A DNA stretch of 64,000 nt from Candidatus Kerfeldbacteria bacterium. GTDB taxonomy: Bacteria > Patescibacteriota > Patescibacteriia > SBBC01. Made by a program: the position numbers and the translations under genes. The stretch lies in NCBI GenBank assembly GCA_016207275.1, contig JACQPY010000007.1, forward strand, positions 10,265 through 74,264. The letters are read 5' to 3'. The notes below the pieces were generated by a model that ran no database searches, had not been told where the DNA came from, and worked only from the letters and a program-made list of their open reading frames with translations. Positions within the stretch are counted from its first letter, which is position 1, and every line of letters starts with the position of its first letter. Positions 55,457 through 64,000 of the stretch are shown here, in pieces.

Positions 55457-57082
55457 ATGCCGTCGTTCGTGACTCGGGTCCGGTCGTGGTATCGTGCCCA
55501 CGGGAGTTGGGTTGGCTACCTAATTGTCTTTTCGTTGGCCTTTATTTTGTTCGCCTATTGGCAGCACCTGCCGCTGTACGCTGATCCCGACTCGTTCTAC
55601 CATGCCAAATTGGCCGTCCTGCTGCGTGACGGTCAATTCGTGACTGACTTTGCCTGGTTGCCGTTTACGACGCTCGCCCAGACCTACGCTGATCAGCACT
55701 TTCTTTACCATCTGTTGCTCGTGCCGTTCGTGAGCCTGACTGACCCGCTGATTGGGTTAAAGTTGGCGACGGTCGTCCTCGGCGCCTTGATGGCGTTGAC
55801 GTTCTACTGGTTTCTCCGCCGCTGGCAGATTCCCTGGGCCTTGGCCACGACGGTAGTTTTGTTGCTGGTCAACCCGTTCAGTTTTCGGATGAACCTGGCC
55901 AAAGCCTCGAGCCTATCGCTGACCTTGTTGCTGATCGGGATCGCCGCCGCCTTTGCCTACCGACCGTGGGTTCTTGGTCTATTGGCCTTTTGCTACGTCT
56001 GGTTCTACGGCGGCTTCCCGCTGCTCGTGGTGGCGACGCTGACGTTCGCGGTGGTCAGCTATCTGCATAAGCGATTCGTTCGGCGTGAAAATCCGAACCT
56101 GTTGCTCCACCGCATCCGCGCCCTCCTGGGACGCCTGTTTCGGCACCGACGGGTTCGCCGTCTTAACCTGCGTATGGCGGTCGCGGTGCTGGCCGGAACC
56201 GGCCTGGGGATTGTGCTCAATCCCTTTTTTCCGGCTAACCTCCGATTCTACCTTGACCAATTTGTTCGCATCGGGATCGTCAACTATCAGAAAACAATCG
56301 GCGTCGGCGGTGAATGGTATCCGTACGGCTTTATTGATTTGATGGCTAACACGGTTTTGGTTTCGATTCCGCTGGTGATCACCATCGTTTTGTTTTTCTT
56401 AAACTGGCGGAAACAGAGCACCCGCTCGATCACCCTGGCCTTACTATGGTTGTTCTTTTTTCTGCTGACGCTCAAGTCGCGCCGCTACGTCGAGTACTAC
56501 GTGCCGTTCGCCTTGCTGTTCGTTGCGTTTTCGCTCCACGATTCACTTCGCCACGTCCGCTTCCGTGACCTCTGGTTTCGGGTGCGGGCCTGGTTTTTAC
56601 GGAGCGGTTGGGCCCGAATCGGCATCGTCGCCTTTGCCACCTACGTCGCCATCGTGCTGCCGACCGTCGTGGTCCGCGACTTGGTGAGTGAGCGACGAGA
56701 TCTCGCCCATGGTTTTCGACTCGACTTGTTTGCCGACGAGAGCCGCTGGATCGCCGAACACAGTCACCCCGGGGCGGTCGTCTTTCACAGCGACTGGGAT
56801 GAATTTCCTACGCTGTTCTACTTCAACAGCTACAACCGTTATATTGCCGGTCTTGATCCGACCTTTTTGTACTTAGAAGATCCAACGCGCTACCGGCAGT
56901 GGGCCAACGTGACGCTCGGCAAGGAAACCGGCGATGTCTATGAGATTATTCGCGGCAGTTTTAATGCCGATTTTGTGTTTGTCGAGCACGACCACCAGGC
57001 GATGGATCGCTTGATTGCGGCCGACGATCGGTTCTCGTTGGTCTACGACGGGCCGGATGCCAAGGTTTACCAGGTTGATTGA
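55457..57082 (+). CDS. Polytopic membrane protein (GT-C-like)
   Basis: DPDSFYH after TM1; many TM segments; soluble C-terminal domain. Confidence 0.8.
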   Translation: MPSFVTRVRSWYRAHGSWVGYLIVFSLAFILFAYWQHLPLYADPDSFYHAKLAVLLRDGQFVTDFAWLPFTTLAQTYADQHFLYHLLLVPFVSLTDPLIGLKLATVVLGALMALTFYWFLRRWQIPWALATTVVLLLVNPFSFRMNLAKASSLSLTLLLIGIAAAFAYRPWVLGLLAFCYVWFYGGFPLLVVATLTFAVVSYLHKRFVRRENPNLLLHRIRALLGRLFRHRRVRRLNLRMAVAVLAGTGLGIVLNPFFPANLRFYLDQFVRIGIVNYQKTIGVGGEWYPYGFIDLMANTVLVSIPLVITIVLFFLNWRKQSTRSITLALLWLFFFLLTLKSRRYVEYYVPFALLFVAFSLHDSLRHVRFRDLWFRVRAWFLRSGWARIGIVAFATYVAIVLPTVVVRDLVSERRDLAHGFRLDLFADESRWIAEHSHPGAVVFHSDWDEFPTLFYFNSYNRYIAGLDPTFLYLEDPTRYRQWANVTLGKETGDVYEIIRGSFNADFVFVEHDHQAMDRLIAADDRFSLVYDGPDAKVYQVD

Positions 57083-57089
57083 GCGGCCG

Positions 57090-57734
57090 ATGATTTCCGA
57101 TGACCAGCTGCGGGCGCGTCACCAGGCGGTCCCGCCTGATTACTACGACCGCGGCGTGCGGATCAACGCCTGGCAGCGTGTCTGGCACGAGCGTCGCCGT
57201 CCAATTGTGGAACGATTGCTGATCGGCCGCGGTGGCCGCTTGCTCGACGTCGGCTGCCACGGTGGGTACCTGACGCGGATTATTGCCCAGGCCAGTCGGG
57301 CGGCGGTTACCGGCATCGACATTTCGCCGCCAGCGGTGGCCTACGCCCGGGCGTACGTCCCAGCCGCCCAGTTCGTCGTTGGCGACATCCAGGACGGCCT
57401 GCCGTTTCCCGACGGCAACTTTGAGACGGTGACGGCTTTTGATGTACTCGAGCACGTGCCGCGCCTGGAGTCGGTACTGCGTGAAGTTCACCGCGTGCTC
57501 GCGCCGGGCGGGTTATTTGTAATTGGCGTACCGCGCGAGACGCGGCTGTGGCGTTTGGTGTGGACACTGTGGGTCAAATCGCGCGGCGCAGTCTGGCACG
57601 ACGTCCACGTCCATAAATTCACGCCCGAACGACTGTCTGAGGTGATTACCGCTCAAGGGTTCGGCGAGCGTCAACGCGTGGTATCGCACTGGGGAATGTA
57701 CAGCGTCTTAACGTTTGAACGAGCAAAAAGATGA
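57090..57734 (+). CDS. Class I SAM-dependent methyltransferase
   Basis: LLDVGC.GG, LPFPDGNF, DVLEHV and RVLAPGG motifs. Confidence 0.92.
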   Translation: MISDDQLRARHQAVPPDYYDRGVRINAWQRVWHERRRPIVERLLIGRGGRLLDVGCHGGYLTRIIAQASRAAVTGIDISPPAVAYARAYVPAAQFVVGDIQDGLPFPDGNFETVTAFDVLEHVPRLESVLREVHRVLAPGGLFVIGVPRETRLWRLVWTLWVKSRGAVWHDVHVHKFTPERLSEVITAQGFGERQRVVSHWGMYSVLTFERAKR

Positions 57735-58999
57735 TTGGCCTGGATGCGCTGCTGCTGTTTGTCTTGGTCTTGAAAACGGTTTCGCTCTTTACCCTGCGAA
57801 CCTCTGCCTACTTGTTCGCCTTACCGGATAACTACTTGGTGTTTTCGATTGTTCCCTTGCTGGTGCTCGCTGGGTATGTTGCCGTGAGTGCTCTCCGGCC
57901 GGCTCAGCGCAGCTGGAACGTACGCTTTGGCGCTGTCGTGCTGCTGGGCGTGTTCTTGGTCGGGTCACTATTTGGACTACAGCTGTTCGCCCGCCGCAAC
58001 AGCCTGCCGTACTTGTTCATCCACGACGGCGCAGTGCAGGCTGAAGATGCCATCGCTGCGCTTCGCCAGGGCCAGAATCCCTACACGATTGATTACCGTG
58101 AACGGACATTCGGCGCTTTCCCCGACGGCTTTTCCGAGGCCACCCGGCCGAACCCAGCCTGGACGCACCACATTTACTTGCCCTTGCAGTTGCTGCTCGG
58201 CTTACCGATTGCCATCGTGAGTGAAGTGTTGTGGGATTGGTTTGATATACGACTGCTGTACGCATTATCGTTCGCGCTTCTCATTATCTGTACGGCGCTG
58301 CTGAGCAAAAACCTGGAGCGCCGGTTACTCGTCCTGATACTCGGTCTATTCAATCCGCTTTTCCTACCGTTTTTTGCGGCCGGATTTAATGATGTATTTT
58401 TTCTCGGCTGGATCGCGCTCGGGGCCCTCCTGTTGCAGCGAAGACGATTTACCTTGGCCGGATTGGCGCTTGGTTTTGCCTTTGCCAGTAAGCAGTCAGC
58501 CTGGTTTCTCCTGCCGTTCTACGCGGCTTACGTCTACGCTACGGCTGGCGGACCGCGTCGGTGGTGGGTCGCGGCACGTCGGCTGCTGCCGGCGGTGCTG
58601 GTGACCGCCGTGGTGATCGCGCCGTTCTTTGCTTGGTCGCCGGCCGACTTTATTGACGACACGATTCGCTACGGTACGGGCAGTGCCGAGCTGAGTTACC
58701 CGATTTCCGGATTCGGCCTCAGTCAGCTGATGCTGGCGTCCGGCGTCATTCGCTCGTCGTGGGATTATTATCCGTTCTGGATTTTCCAGGTGATCGTCGG
58801 CCTGCCGCTGTTGGCGGTGTTGATCCGCCGGCAACGGCGAGATCCGTCGGTCAGCCAGATGCTGACCTCATTCGGGCTGCTGGCTTTTGCCTTGTGGTTC
58901 GTGTCGCGTTTTTTCAACGACAGCTACGTTGGTGTGCTGTCAGTCGTGTTCTTGCTGGCTTACGCCGCTCAGGAGCCAGCCCGAGAAAACAATGTTTAG
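57731..58999 (+). CDS. GT87-like (DUF2029) glycosyltransferase
   Basis: HD....E.A...L..GQNPY, YLP, GFND and KQ motifs. Confidence 0.8.
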   Translation: MIGLDALLLFVLVLKTVSLFTLRTSAYLFALPDNYLVFSIVPLLVLAGYVAVSALRPAQRSWNVRFGAVVLLGVFLVGSLFGLQLFARRNSLPYLFIHDGAVQAEDAIAALRQGQNPYTIDYRERTFGAFPDGFSEATRPNPAWTHHIYLPLQLLLGLPIAIVSEVLWDWFDIRLLYALSFALLIICTALLSKNLERRLLVLILGLFNPLFLPFFAAGFNDVFFLGWIALGALLLQRRRFTLAGLALGFAFASKQSAWFLLPFYAAYVYATAGGPRRWWVAARRLLPAVLVTAVVIAPFFAWSPADFIDDTIRYGTGSAELSYPISGFGLSQLMLASGVIRSSWDYYPFWIFQVIVGLPLLAVLIRRQRRDPSVSQMLTSFGLLAFALWFVSRFFNDSYVGVLSVVFLLAYAAQEPARENNV

Positions 59000-60293
59000 G
59001 GCCGCGGTTAGCTTTTTTTCACCGCTTACTGAGCGTTTGAGGTTATACTCGCCTCGTTCGTGGGTTCTGGTTTTGTTGGGGCCAACCTTTATGGCGCTTG
59101 CTCGACCGTACATCCGTGTTGGGCAGTGGGGAATTATCATCCTGACGCTGCCGTTGTTGGTCGCGCTGATTATAAGCTTGGTCGATGATCTAACGAAAAA
59201 GACTCGGCCTGGATCGTGGACGGTGGCGATAGTTGTTTTTTGGATCGCAGCACTGTGCCTGGTTAATCTGGTGACGCTCCCGAAACAGTCAATGGATGAA
59301 GTGTTGCTGACCGAAGAAGCTCAACGCGGGTTAGTCCACGGACTCAATCCGTACCAGCGCAACTTTCAAGGAACCATATTCGACCAGTGGCGCGGCGATC
59401 TGCGACCCTTTGGCGGCATTCATCCGGCAACTGAGCACTACGTCTACTTTCCGGGTCAGATCGTGATGAGTTTACCCTTTTTCGCATCGTTGACGGCGAC
59501 TGGCTGGTACGATCAACGGATTGTCTATTTTACAGCCTATTTCGCTTTACTGCTGGTAATCTGGATGAACTTGCGTGGATCAGCAAACCGCGAAGCGCTG
59601 GTGTTGGCATTTGCACTGAATCCCTTTTTTGTTTTCTTGTTCTACGGCTTCAATGACCTGATGGTGCTGTTTCTCTTCGCCGCCGGTAGCTTTTGCTTTG
59701 CCCGCAGTCGATGGGGTCTGGGGGCAGTATTTTTCGGGGCGGCGGTCGCCACTAAACAGACGGCGCTGATTACGGTTGCGTTTATGCTGCTGTGGCTCTG
59801 GTTTTCACCGGCCGTTTCACGTCGGTCTCGGATACGGGCGTCGCTAATCGTCGTTGGTATGGCGGCGGTTATCATCGGTCCGTTCGTGCTGTGGTCTCCA
59901 TCCGCCTTCACCGAAGACACGATCGATTTCTTTACATCGGGGATGGGAACGACTACCCCTGGTGAGGGTTTCGGTAAATTGCTGATGCTGGCCGGCTGGC
60001 ACAATGCAACAGCGTCACCCTTACGCCGATTGGTGGAACTGGCGATAGTTTTCTCCATTATTGTCTGGCTGGCTGGTTGGGTTATTCGCCGGCCGTCACT
60101 CTACCGTGCGATCTTGGCCGGCGCAATCGGCTTAGCCGCTATCTGGTTTTTCTCGTCGTATTTTTTGCCGGCGCATGCCGGAGTAGTTCTCATTTTAATA
60201 ACGCTGGCGTATCTTATTAATGAAGTTGAAGGACGAGCGACCTCGCTCGGCACTTCAGCGGTTAGCGCCGGGTCTAAGATTCAACCGTCATAA
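58992..60293 (+). CDS. GT87-like (DUF2029) glycosyltransferase
   Basis: GLNPY, YFP, GFND and TKQ motifs; paralog of the upstream gene. Confidence 0.8.
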   Translation: MFRAAVSFFSPLTERLRLYSPRSWVLVLLGPTFMALARPYIRVGQWGIIILTLPLLVALIISLVDDLTKKTRPGSWTVAIVVFWIAALCLVNLVTLPKQSMDEVLLTEEAQRGLVHGLNPYQRNFQGTIFDQWRGDLRPFGGIHPATEHYVYFPGQIVMSLPFFASLTATGWYDQRIVYFTAYFALLLVIWMNLRGSANREALVLAFALNPFFVFLFYGFNDLMVLFLFAAGSFCFARSRWGLGAVFFGAAVATKQTALITVAFMLLWLWFSPAVSRRSRIRASLIVVGMAAVIIGPFVLWSPSAFTEDTIDFFTSGMGTTTPGEGFGKLLMLAGWHNATASPLRRLVELAIVFSIIVWLAGWVIRRPSLYRAILAGAIGLAAIWFFSSYFLPAHAGVVLILITLAYLINEVEGRATSLGTSAVSAGSKIQPS

Positions 60294-60295
60294 TC

Positions 60296-60952
60296 ATGCC
60301 TCGTTCAAAGTTCACCACGCCCGTGCCCGAAACGCTGACCGAGACGTTTCAGTTGGCAAACAAACGTTTCTACCGGGAAGAAGAGGATTACGACTGGGTA
60401 CGCGCGACCGACCGCCTGGTGGGCGTTGAGAGCATTTTTCACAAGTTCCGCGAGCGGACAGTGCGGAAGTTGATCGGACGGTATGGAAGGCCTGGCCAGT
60501 ATCTTGACGCTGGCTGCGGCAGCGGGTTGTTTTTACGACACTTGCCGCCGGGATCGGTGGGACTGGATATAAACCCGCGAAACATCGATCGTGCCCGGCA
60601 GCACGCACCGCACGCCGAGCCGGTGCTCGGTGACATTGAGGCCATGCCGTTCCCTGATGGTACTTTTTCTACCGTCGTCTTGACCGAGGTGATTGAACAC
60701 CTTCCCGATCCGCGACCGGCACTGAGAGAGGTGATGCGCGTAATCACATCGGCCGGAATTGTAATTGGCTCGACCCCGCGACGGAGTATCTTTTGGAAAC
60801 TACGCGGCTTGAGCAGTACATGTCCAGGTGAACCGTTTCACCGCGAGTTTAGCCGTCAGGAGCTATACCAATTGTTAGCGGCTTTTGGTCGGCCGACTGT
60901 CGCCATGAAACATTTCGGCATGACTTGGGCGTTCACGCTTCAGCGGCGATGA
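60296..60952 (+). CDS. Class I SAM-dependent methyltransferase
   Basis: LDAGCGSG, MPFPDGTF and EVIEHL motifs. Confidence 0.92.
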   Translation: MPRSKFTTPVPETLTETFQLANKRFYREEEDYDWVRATDRLVGVESIFHKFRERTVRKLIGRYGRPGQYLDAGCGSGLFLRHLPPGSVGLDINPRNIDRARQHAPHAEPVLGDIEAMPFPDGTFSTVVLTEVIEHLPDPRPALREVMRVITSAGIVIGSTPRRSIFWKLRGLSSTCPGEPFHREFSRQELYQLLAAFGRPTVAMKHFGMTWAFTLQRR

Positions 60953-62181
60953 CCCGCATCTGGCCGGCGGTATTTACGGTCGTGGTAGCGACGAGCATCC
61001 TCGTCGTCGTGGCCGGACTTAGTCGTGAACTCCCGCCGCACGCCCGGCAACCCCTAACCACGCTCGTTCAGGATGACTACGAGCTGGCCGTCTTCTACAA
61101 CCGGACTGACTTCGTTCGCCGCGGTGAGCTGCCGTACGTCGGGGAAACGATTGCGTACCCCCTGCTCGGCGTTGTGTACGTAATGTTGCCTCGGTTATTT
61201 GGTACGGACTTTGCCGACTACCGCACGGGGTTGGTCCTGCAGAACGTAATCGTCACGGTGTTGCTGATGCTGGTTACCGCCCGCTTGCTTCGGCAGTTAG
61301 GACGGCCGCGGCACTGGCTGTGGCTGCTGGCGCTGCCCGGCTTCCTGTATTTTGCCTTGTACCGCTACGATGTATTTCCGGCGCTGCTCGTGGTCGTGGC
61401 TTTTCTGTGTCTATTCTCGCGGCGCTACGGGCCAGCCTTCATTACCCTCGGCATCGCAGTGCTCGCTAAGGGTTACCCGATCGTACTTTTTCCCATTATG
61501 TTTGCCTACTGTGGTCAGGAAAAAGGTCAGTACCCAAACCCGCTTTTCAATCGCTACGTCTTTATGACGCTGGCCCCATCAGCGGTGGTACTGGCGGCGA
61601 TGAGCTGGGCGGCCGGAATTGAGAAGGCACTTTTTCCGTATCTATTTCAGACCAGTCGGCAGATCGACCACGGGACGATCTACCTCTGGTACGCTGAGTG
61701 GTTTCGGCAACACCTGACGAGGCCAACGTGGAACTTATTGAACATGGTGTTTTTGAAGATGTTAGCCTTACTTCAGGTCGTTCTACCACTCAGCATCTAC
61801 CTTGGTCATCGGTATTTCAGCCGGCTGATTCGTTACCCCCGTGATGTGGTTGTCTGGTCAGTCTTGACCTTACTACTGTTCATTCAATTTTTCCCCTACC
61901 ACTCACCACAGTGGTTCATTTGGATCCTGCCGCTGCTCGTACTGGTTATTGAGACGCGCGCCCAACTGGCAGTGGTGATCAGCTACGGCCTCGTCACCTA
62001 CCTGCAGTTTCCGGTGGCCTTCAACTACTTCGGCTATGATTCGTTGGTCCACGGCGGCATCGTCATGCTGCGGACCACGCTTCACCTCAGTCTATTCGTC
62101 TTGCTGGCGCGGGAATTTATCAGTGGTCAGCGCCGCGATCGTGGTATGCTGAGCGCATACCATCAGGAGTCGCCGCGATGA
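60949..62181 (+). CDS. GT87-like glycosyltransferase
   Basis: LPY....YP, RYD, KGYP and SPQWFIW motifs. Confidence 0.82.
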   Translation: MTRIWPAVFTVVVATSILVVVAGLSRELPPHARQPLTTLVQDDYELAVFYNRTDFVRRGELPYVGETIAYPLLGVVYVMLPRLFGTDFADYRTGLVLQNVIVTVLLMLVTARLLRQLGRPRHWLWLLALPGFLYFALYRYDVFPALLVVVAFLCLFSRRYGPAFITLGIAVLAKGYPIVLFPIMFAYCGQEKGQYPNPLFNRYVFMTLAPSAVVLAAMSWAAGIEKALFPYLFQTSRQIDHGTIYLWYAEWFRQHLTRPTWNLLNMVFLKMLALLQVVLPLSIYLGHRYFSRLIRYPRDVVVWSVLTLLLFIQFFPYHSPQWFIWILPLLVLVIETRAQLAVVISYGLVTYLQFPVAFNYFGYDSLVHGGIVMLRTTLHLSLFVLLAREFISGQRRDRGMLSAYHQESPR

Positions 62182-62864
62182 CACCCCAGGCATCAGTCGT
62201 TCTCCCGACCTACAATGAGGCAGCTAATCTCAGCGAGCTAATTCCTCGGCTGGCGGCGCTCAAGGGCGGTATAGAAATCGTGGTGGTCGACGACGGCTCG
62301 CCCGACGGCACTGAGCAGGTGGCCAACCATTTGGCCGGCCACTACCCGGTCCGCGTGCTTCAACGAGGCACCAAGCGCGGCCTCGCTTCGGCCGTGATCG
62401 ACGGCGTTCAGGCTGCCCGGGCGCCGATTGTGGTGGTAATGGATGCTGACCAGTCGCACGACGAGCAGATTATTCCCCAGCTGGTTACGGCGGTTGAAGC
62501 CGGCAGTCAGGTAGCCATCGGCTCGCGGTTTGCTTCGGGCGGGTCAACTGAAGATGCAGTCATCCGGCGTTTTTTTAGCTGGTGCGCAAAGCAAGTTGCC
62601 CGACTGGTGCTTGACGTCCGGATACAGGATCCGATGAGCGGCTTCTTTGCCATGCGCCGCGATGATTTTCTTCGCCTCGCACCACAGCTCAAACCGCGCG
62701 GGTTTAAGATTTTACTTGAGCTACTGGTCCGCCTGAAACCAGCGAAGGTGACTGAAGTTGGTTTCCGCTTCAAGAGTCGGCAGAAAGGAGAGAGCAAGCT
62801 GACCGGCAAGATTGCTTTGGAGTACTTTCGAATGATTTTCGAATTATGGCGAGCGCGACACTGA
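62178..62864 (+). CDS. Polyprenol monophosphomannose synthase (GT2, DPM1-like)
   Basis: PTYNEA, VDDGSPDGT, MDADQSH, DPMSGFF and GESKL motifs. Confidence 0.93.
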   Translation: MTPQASVVLPTYNEAANLSELIPRLAALKGGIEIVVVDDGSPDGTEQVANHLAGHYPVRVLQRGTKRGLASAVIDGVQAARAPIVVVMDADQSHDEQIIPQLVTAVEAGSQVAIGSRFASGGSTEDAVIRRFFSWCAKQVARLVLDVRIQDPMSGFFAMRRDDFLRLAPQLKPRGFKILLELLVRLKPAKVTEVGFRFKSRQKGESKLTGKIALEYFRMIFELWRARH

Positions 62865-64000
62865 GCAACGGCGACCGATGGCGCGGGGCAGCTGCGGTTG
62901 GCCTATGCCTGGTTATTTTGGTTGGTTTCTGGTCAGTCGGCGCGAGCAAAGATTTTTGGTACGATGAGCAATTCGTTAGAACACTGGTTGACCAACCGAT
63001 GACCGAAACAATCAAGCTCCTGAAGTTCGAAAATAGTCCGCCATTTACTTTTGCGGTCGTTTACTGGTGGGAAAAGTTGGTAGGTAGCAGTGAGGTAGCC
63101 CTCCGCGTGCTGTCGCTCGGGCCGACGTTGTTGGGGATTGTTGTTTTGTCTCGGTTTGCTCGGGCGGCTTTTGGTCGGACCAGCGGATTGGTCGTGGCCG
63201 GGTTGGCGAGCGTAGCCAGCCTGGCGGTGACGCAGGCCCTGGAACTGCGAATGTACCCGTGGGTGCTGCTGTGGTCGACCTCAGCTCTGTTCCTGGTACA
63301 TCAGTACGCGTCCAAACCTCGAGCGACAGCATTGATCGCGCTGACCGTAGTTCACGTTCTCGGCTTGTACACGCACTACACGTACGTCGTAGTCGTCGTG
63401 GCGAGCGGCGTGTGGTTGTGGTGGGGAGCAAGAGTACAGCGTCGAGCAATTGCGCTGCACGCTGCGGTAGTCGCAGTGTTATTTTTGCCATGGGTCCTTT
63501 ACTCACTGGTACCAATTGCCCAACATTGGACGACAAGCCTTGGCGTCCAGCAGGACCGGAACCTGCTGGCGATCGCCCTGTTCCCGCTCCGCCTGTTTGC
63601 CATGCCGCTGTTTGGTGAACCGAACTGGCTGACCGTCGTTCGCTTCATGGTCGCGGCGATAATCGGACTAGGCATTTTGTGGTCATTGCGGCTCCTGTTG
63701 CGGCCAACCGACGATCGTAGCGTTGTGGTTCTGCGGTGGCTATTCGGCCTGGTCGTCGGCGGACTGCTGGTACTGGCCCTGGCTGGATTTTCCGATCCAA
63801 AGTACGCGACCGTGTTGGTGCCAGCCGTTATTGCGGTGGTCGCTGTTGGCTTAGTACGGCTACCGCTGCCAGGAGCCGTTCGGGCAGTGTTGATAGTTTT
63901 AGCGGTGGTCGGCGAGCTCGTCGTCAGCTACGCGCACGCTCGCGCGCCGCTGGTGACGTACCGCGAGGCAACCGCAGTGGTTGAGCGCGTGGGACAGACC
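62846..64000 (+). CDS. GT39/PMT_2-like glycosyltransferase; partial, runs off right edge
   Basis: Hand translation of the 5' part: FWYDE...ENSPP...SEVALRVLS...ELRMY...LYTHY. Confidence 0.82.
   Translation, partial: MASATLSNGDRWRGAAAVGLCLVILVGFWSVGASKDFWYDEQFVRTLVDQPMTETIKLLKFENSPPFTFAVVYWWEKLVGSSEVALRVLSLGPTLLGIVVLSRFARAAFGRTSGLVVAGLASVASLAVTQALELRMYPWVLLWSTSALFLVHQYASKPRATALIALTVVHVLGLYTHYTYVVVVVASGVWLWWGARVQRRAIALHAAVVAVLFLPWVLYSLVPIAQHWTTSLGVQQDRNLLAIALFPLRLFAMPLFGEPNWLTVVRFMVAAIIGLGILWSLRLLLRPTDDRSVVVLRWLFGLVVGGLLVLALAGFSDPKYATVLVPAVIAVVAVGLVRLPLPGAVRAVLIVLAVVGELVVSYAHARAPLVTYREATAVVERVGQT

Noticed and set aside
63045-63984. Track ORFs at the right edge
   Set aside because: Shadows of the partial GT39-like gene starting at 62846.

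Overview
This is a bacterial chromosomal segment (genetic code 11) spanning the replication origin (yidC-yidD-rnpA-rpmH <> dnaA-oriC-dnaN-dciA). Gene content and style suggest a Patescibacteria/CPR (Parcubacteria-type) genome; this is an inference, no search was run. Housekeeping genes include ruvB, ruvC, yebC, tsaD, tsaE, valS, tyrS, PBP1A and a PilB ATPase. There are two surface-glycan clusters and a non-canonical glycogen operon (2x GT5, 2x GH57, GH15, GalT-like, tandem APH-fold kinase). Signals missed by the ORF track: (1) a stand-alone 26-aa protamine-like gene with a strong SD, a terminator and an upstream DnaA box; (2) a GIY-YIG nuclease among an intact tRNA-Glu and tRNA-Glu fragments interrupted by palindromes; (3) two cargo genes inserted by replacing a host gene end, leaving relic tsaD 5' and csoR 3' ends next to palindromes; (4) a dispersed REP-like palindrome family inserted in frame in tsaD and valS and inside a valS T-box; (5) a 6S-like RNA and other structured intergenic RNAs; (6) frequent leaderless gene starts. 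Points 2-4 together suggest a palindrome/GIY-YIG-linked recombination and gene-capture system (hypothesis). Start codons were refined by eye and all family calls come from motif recognition.
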